Made by a program: the position numbers and the translations under genes. This document shows, one piece after another, positions 60,815 through 64,000 of a DNA stretch of 64,000 nucleotides. Every line of letters starts with the position of its first letter. Within the stretch, counting starts at the first letter, position 1. Below the pieces are notes generated by a model that ran no database searches, had not been told where the DNA came from, and worked only from the letters and a program-made list of their open reading frames with translations. Source of the stretch: Sulfurimonas sp. (lineage in GTDB: Bacteria > Campylobacterota > Campylobacteria > Campylobacterales > Sulfurimonadaceae); contig NZ_CP093396.1 of NCBI RefSeq assembly GCF_029027405.1, positions 1,931,497 to 1,995,496 on the forward strand, read 5' to 3'.

Positions 60815-60834
60815 TACATACTAGGAGTGACAAA

Positions 60835-61074
60835 ATGCAAGTAAATTTCTCAAAAATTCAAAGACCGACTCTGTTCCAAGAGTTCTTCGACAAATTGATT
60901 ACATACTCTAATGAAGTAATAGAGTATATACATACATCTACTATAAATCTAGTCACTCCTACTCATCGCAAAACTGCGATAACTCTTATGAATATTATCA
61001 AAAAGAACATTAAACATTCATATACACAAGTTAAAGCGGTTTTAGTAAATTTGTTTAAGAGGATTTTAAAATGA
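60835..61074 (+). CDS. hypothetical protein (79 aa), phage-like element
   Basis: SD aggag 7 nt upstream; the next ORF overlaps its stop. Confidence 0.4.
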   Translation: MQVNFSKIQRPTLFQEFFDKLITYSNEVIEYIHTSTINLVTPTHRKTAITLMNIIKKNIKHSYTQVKAVLVNLFKRILK

Positions 61075-61265
61075 CTAGATTAAAAAAGTTAAAAAAAAAG
61101 TTAGAAGATATTAGTTTAGAGATTGAAAAATTAGTAGATGAAAAAGAAAGTTTAGAAGACAGTTCTCCTGGTACAAGAGAATATCAAAAATATTTCATGT
61201 TAGTCAGATGTGAAGTTAAATCTAAACAAAAACTTATTAAAAAATTTAATAGGGTTTTAAAATGA
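61071..61265 (+). CDS. hypothetical coiled-coil protein (64 aa)
   Basis: ATGA-type overlap with the flanking ORFs. Confidence 0.4.
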   Translation: MTRLKKLKKKLEDISLEIEKLVDEKESLEDSSPGTREYQKYFMLVRCEVKSKQKLIKKFNRVLK

Positions 61266-61426
61266 AAAATTATGTCATTCAAAAATCAGTTTTATTCGAT
61301 AATTCTGTTCCTTGTATAAATTGTTTCAATAAACAGACAAATATTGTTCATATGAAAAAAATAACGAAAGTATCTAAAAAATTTGACAAACCGCAATCAC
61401 ATAATGGTATATCAAGTTTGATATAA
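61262..61426 (+). CDS. hypothetical 54-aa ORF with a CxxC pair
   Basis: Start ATG overlaps the upstream TGA (ATGA); below the length cutoff of the ORF track. Confidence 0.25.
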   Translation: MKNYVIQKSVLFDNSVPCINCFNKQTNIVHMKKITKVSKKFDKPQSHNGISSLI

Positions 61427-61659
61427 GTCGGGGATGTCCAAGAGCAATAGTTAGAACTCTTTAAAAGCTAATCTTCCTTTCTCGGTCACTCCTGAAAGGG
61501 TCAAAAAAAATAGAGTGATATTTAGTTGAGTATTTAGAGCATAAAAATTGTAGTGAATAGTAGGGTTATTTTTCCCTTATAAACTCTTTCTTTATGTTCT
61601 AAAAACTTAATTATTGATAGTGATTAAGTAAATTTAAATATTCACTAAGGAGTGACATC

Positions 61660-62004
61660 ATGACAACACATTTAATAGGACAACTACTAGAAGTTAAACC
61701 TTCAGAGTACACAAACAAGAAGACTGATAAAGTTTCATATAGTACAGATTTAACAGTTATGTTTGACGGTATAGATGAAGAAGGTTTTCGCAAAGTATCG
61801 GTAGAAACTGTAAATACAGATGAAGAATACTATGAAGAACTAAAAGGTTCTATCGGTAAATTTATTGCTTTAGCTTATCATTCAAGTATCGACCAATGGG
61901 GGCAAAAGTTTTATGCTGACCGTTCAATGGCTGTTCTAACTTTAGATAAAAATCCTCTTGACTATTCAAAGTTTAAGAGAGTTGAATCAAAAGACAAGAA
62001 ATAA
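61660..62004 (+). CDS. hypothetical protein (114 aa)
   Basis: SD aaggag 7 nt upstream of the ATG. Confidence 0.5.
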   Translation: MTTHLIGQLLEVKPSEYTNKKTDKVSYSTDLTVMFDGIDEEGFRKVSVETVNTDEEYYEELKGSIGKFIALAYHSSIDQWGQKFYADRSMAVLTLDKNPLDYSKFKRVESKDKK

Positions 62005-62233
62005 ACAATGTCAATTAGTAGTCTAAGAAACCTAAATTTTTCTATTGCGATACATTTATCAGATTTTAAAAAGTGTAAAGATGAAAAAAACAAGAAAGAA
62101 AATTGAGGCACTCCTAGACATACTAAGAACAAAAAGAGGTAATAACCTTCAAAATCCCGTCAAAGCAAAGCGATAGGGACACCAAACGATAGTGCGGTAG
62201 TAACTCAAATAAAATTAGTAAAGGATAAATAAA

Positions 62234-62464
62234 ATGAGTATATTTAGCTCAAGTGCTTGTGAAGATGTTTCAAGCGATTTTAATAAGAATTTCGCAAGAC
62301 CTAAAAAGAAGAAAGATATGTCTCATTTAAAAGAGCAAATTTCTGATTTAAAGGCTTCTTATCAAGAGGCAAAAGAAGATGGCGATTATATGGACGCAAA
62401 GGTTATAGCTGAAGAGTTATGTTCTAAAGAAAAAAAGTTAATTAGTCTTATTGACGGATATTAA
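62234..62464 (+). CDS. hypothetical protein (76 aa)
   Basis: SD aaggat upstream; short gap to the next ORF. Confidence 0.45.
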   Translation: MSIFSSSACEDVSSDFNKNFARPKKKKDMSHLKEQISDLKASYQEAKEDGDYMDAKVIAEELCSKEKKLISLIDGY

Positions 62465-62473
62465 GGAATTACT

Positions 62474-62749
62474 ATGATTTTGACATTAAATGATTTTGAC
62501 ATATTAAGATTTAAACTTTCAAAGCTCTTGAAACTAAAAGAAAAAAGAGTTACAGATATACATATCTATTGTGATAATAAAGTAGGTGTTCAAACCTTCC
62601 CTTTCGGTTTAGTAAAGTTTGATTCTTTAAAAGAGATAGAAGATGATTACAATAAATTCTATTCAGATGAAGAAATCCCAAAACGCTTAAAACTGGTCTG
62701 CGATGAAAATGACGCTTGTAAACCCAGTGTAAAAAATACAAAGGATTGA
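62474..62749 (+). CDS. hypothetical protein (91 aa)
   Basis: Stop overlaps the start region of the coat-like ORF. Confidence 0.45.
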   Translation: MILTLNDFDILRFKLSKLLKLKEKRVTDIHIYCDNKVGVQTFPFGLVKFDSLKEIEDDYNKFYSDEEIPKRLKLVCDENDACKPSVKNTKD

Positions 62750-62751
62750 TT

Positions 62752-63003
62752 ATGCCTAAAATAATTCAATCACATTCTTTCTCAGTTGAGAATCAAAACC
62801 AAGCTGAAAAAATCGTTAGAGTAGGTTTAGTTCTAGCTTCTGCTTCTACTATGGCTTTAGCAGCTGACCCTGCTTGGTATACAACTATGATGACTACTTT
62901 AACTTGGATTGGTGCCTCTGTTGGTGCTGTTTTAAGTATTGTCATAGGTATTAGATTGGCTCCACTTGCTTGGATTCATATTAAGCGTGTGTTGTATCGT
63001 TAA
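62752..63003 (+). CDS. inovirus major coat protein-like (Pf3/M13 g8p-like) small membrane protein
   Basis: SD aagga plus 6 nt then ATG at 62752 (the track starts at the upstream TTG at 62746). Hydrophobic signal-like region with an ALA|AD cleavage site, acidic ADPAWYTT, TM WIGASVGAVLSIVIGI, basic tail RLAPLAWIHIKRVLYR. Compare Pf3 ...VVLGIRWIKAQFF. Confidence 0.5.
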   Translation: MPKIIQSHSFSVENQNQAEKIVRVGLVLASASTMALAADPAWYTTMMTTLTWIGASVGAVLSIVIGIRLAPLAWIHIKRVLYR

Positions 63004-63139
63004 AAATATGACTCAGATTGATTTGACAGCTTATTTTATAGTTGCAAGTGTAATTTTATCTTTAAGAGCTTCATTTTTTGGAGCTTTTTTTATAGAGCAA
63101 ATTATTAAAAAAGCTTAACAAGGGGATTTTTTTCTCCTT

Positions 63140-63466
63140 TTGTTAAAGAAGGATTTAAAAGTGAAAATTATTTTTTTAGTTACATTTTTATTATTAAGTT
63201 CTTTATCTTCTGATTATCTTTACAATCAAGAAAACAGATGTGTACAAAGTTATTATGTAAAGGGTGGAAATCTTTATTATCTTAGAAGTGGAGAATTAAG
63301 CTGGAGAGTTACAACTGAAAAAAATTCTGTAAGTATGTCAAATGGATATATTTTTAATCCTACTACTAAAAAATGCTTTCCTGATAATATTTCTAAAGTT
63401 AAAGAATTTATAAATGTTTCTATAGGCGTAATTATTACTATCTTAATTATTTGGTCTTTAACATGA
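63140..63466 (+). CDS. secreted protein with C-terminal membrane anchor (minor coat/adsorption protein candidate)
   Basis: N-terminal signal peptide and a C-terminal TM VSIGVIITILIIWSL. Confidence 0.45.
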   Translation: MLKKDLKVKIIFLVTFLLLSSLSSDYLYNQENRCVQSYYVKGGNLYYLRSGELSWRVTTEKNSVSMSNGYIFNPTTKKCFPDNISKVKEFINVSIGVIITILIIWSLT

Positions 63467-63603
63467 TTGATATTATTCAGTTCAATATTACAAATTCTGC
63501 AATTGTAAATGAAATATTCAATGTTTGTTTCACTGTTTTTTTATATGTAATACCTGTAAAGATGATTTCAGATATTTTAAAAAGGGCTTCAAAATGGTTT
63601 TAA
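63463..63603 (+). CDS. hypothetical 46-aa hydrophobic ORF translationally coupled on both sides
   Basis: ATGA overlap with the upstream ORF, and its stop overlaps the ATG of the secretin-like ORF. Confidence 0.3.
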   Translation: MIDIIQFNITNSAIVNEIFNVCFTVFLYVIPVKMISDILKRASKWF

Positions 63604-64000
63604 AATTTCTTCTATCTTTAATTTTTTCTATTAATTTGTTTGCATTTCAAATCGCTCCTTCTACTATTGATTTAAGAGCATTAACTATTTTAGTATCTGA
63701 AGAACTAGGTAAAAATATTTTACTTAGTATAGATATAAAAAATCTTAATGTAGATATATATTTTCCTAATAATATAGAAAACAAAGTTCTTTTTGATTTT
63801 TATAGAAGAGCTTTATTATCTAAGGGTTTGTATCTCAATAGGTACGATGGTTATTATGCTGTTGAGAAAAAAGAAAAAAAAGTAATAGTTGTCACTAATA
63901 AAAAAAATATTAAGTTAGAACTTACAATTATTGAAATGGACAATGACAAATTTAGAGAATTAGGTTTTAAATCAAATGCGGACTCAACTTTTAAAAGTAT
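63594..64000 (+). CDS. secretin (pIV/GspD-like) N-terminal part; continues beyond the window
   Basis: Signal peptide, then a secretin N0-like domain (IDLRALTILVSEELGKNILLS...FYRRALLSKGLYLNRYDGYYAV) and the start of the next N-domain. Confidence 0.6.
   Translation, partial: MVLKFLLSLIFSINLFAFQIAPSTIDLRALTILVSEELGKNILLSIDIKNLNVDIYFPNNIENKVLFDFYRRALLSKGLYLNRYDGYYAVEKKEKKVIVVTNKKNIKLELTIIEMDNDKFRELGFKSNADSTFKS

Larger units (their letters stand above)
59058..64000. mobile_element. putative integrated filamentous-phage-like (inovirus-like) element, right part (extends past the window end)
   Basis: tRNA-3'-end-like remnant at one edge, a divergent HTH/operator switch, many translationally coupled small ORFs, a g8p/Pf3-like coat protein and a secretin. 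No replication initiator or Zot-like ATPase lies within the window. Confidence 0.4.

Overview
AT-rich, densely coded window with gene content and synteny typical of Campylobacterota (Arcobacter/Sulfurimonas-like), judged from the proteins encoded; no taxonomy was computed.

Layout:
- 1-11.5 kb: one large minus-strand chemotaxis cluster, in genomic order ParA-like ATPase, STAS-like ORF, CheW-CZB, CheA, CheY-like, candidate CheZ, second CheY-like, CheR, HEAT-repeat protein, CheB, triple-CheW protein, soluble MCP with two signalling hairpins, Aer-like FAD-PAS protein.
- 11.7-21.1 kb: rpsO, then a ~6.2 kb AT-rich Gtr-type glycan-modification island (GT-C glycosyltransferase, GtrA, SAM methyltransferase, FAD oxidoreductase, NAD epimerase, GtrB) inserted into the conserved rpsO / Rrf2 / flhA neighbourhood.
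- 21.3-22.5 kb: an IS110-family insertion sequence.
- 22.8-32.5 kb: housekeeping genes (DHH phosphoesterase, AmiA-type amidase, NMO, tyrS, spoT, rpoZ, pyrH) and a zinc-ribbon / SPFH-SHOCT pair.
- 32.6-34.9 kb: a Nas-like molybdopterin oxidoreductase.
- 34.9-44.5 kb: two head-to-head paralogous modules, each a DnaQ-like exonuclease + cNMP/CBS/DUF294 nucleotidyltransferase + sodium:solute symporter with its small subunit (ActP/DUF485 versus VC2705-type/DUF4212).
- 44.5-59 kb: a ferredoxin fused to an NrfD-like membrane anchor, a second CheR/CheB pair, a NarK-like transporter, FKBP, RlmI, a PP2C-Ser/Thr kinase fusion with two further uncharacterised proteins (one a trypsin-like protease), an M3 oligopeptidase, an EEP nuclease and ung.
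- 59.0 kb to the window end: what looks like an integrated filamentous-phage-like (inovirus-like) element. It is bounded by a tRNA 3'-end-like remnant and contains a structured non-coding region with a candidate 18-aa hydrophobic peptide gene, a divergent HTH / Mrr-like module, translationally coupled small ORFs, a Pf3/M13-like major coat protein and the start of a secretin.

No rRNA genes, no intact tRNA and no CRISPR array were seen. All calls are from reading the sequence and translations by eye. Nothing was searched against databases.
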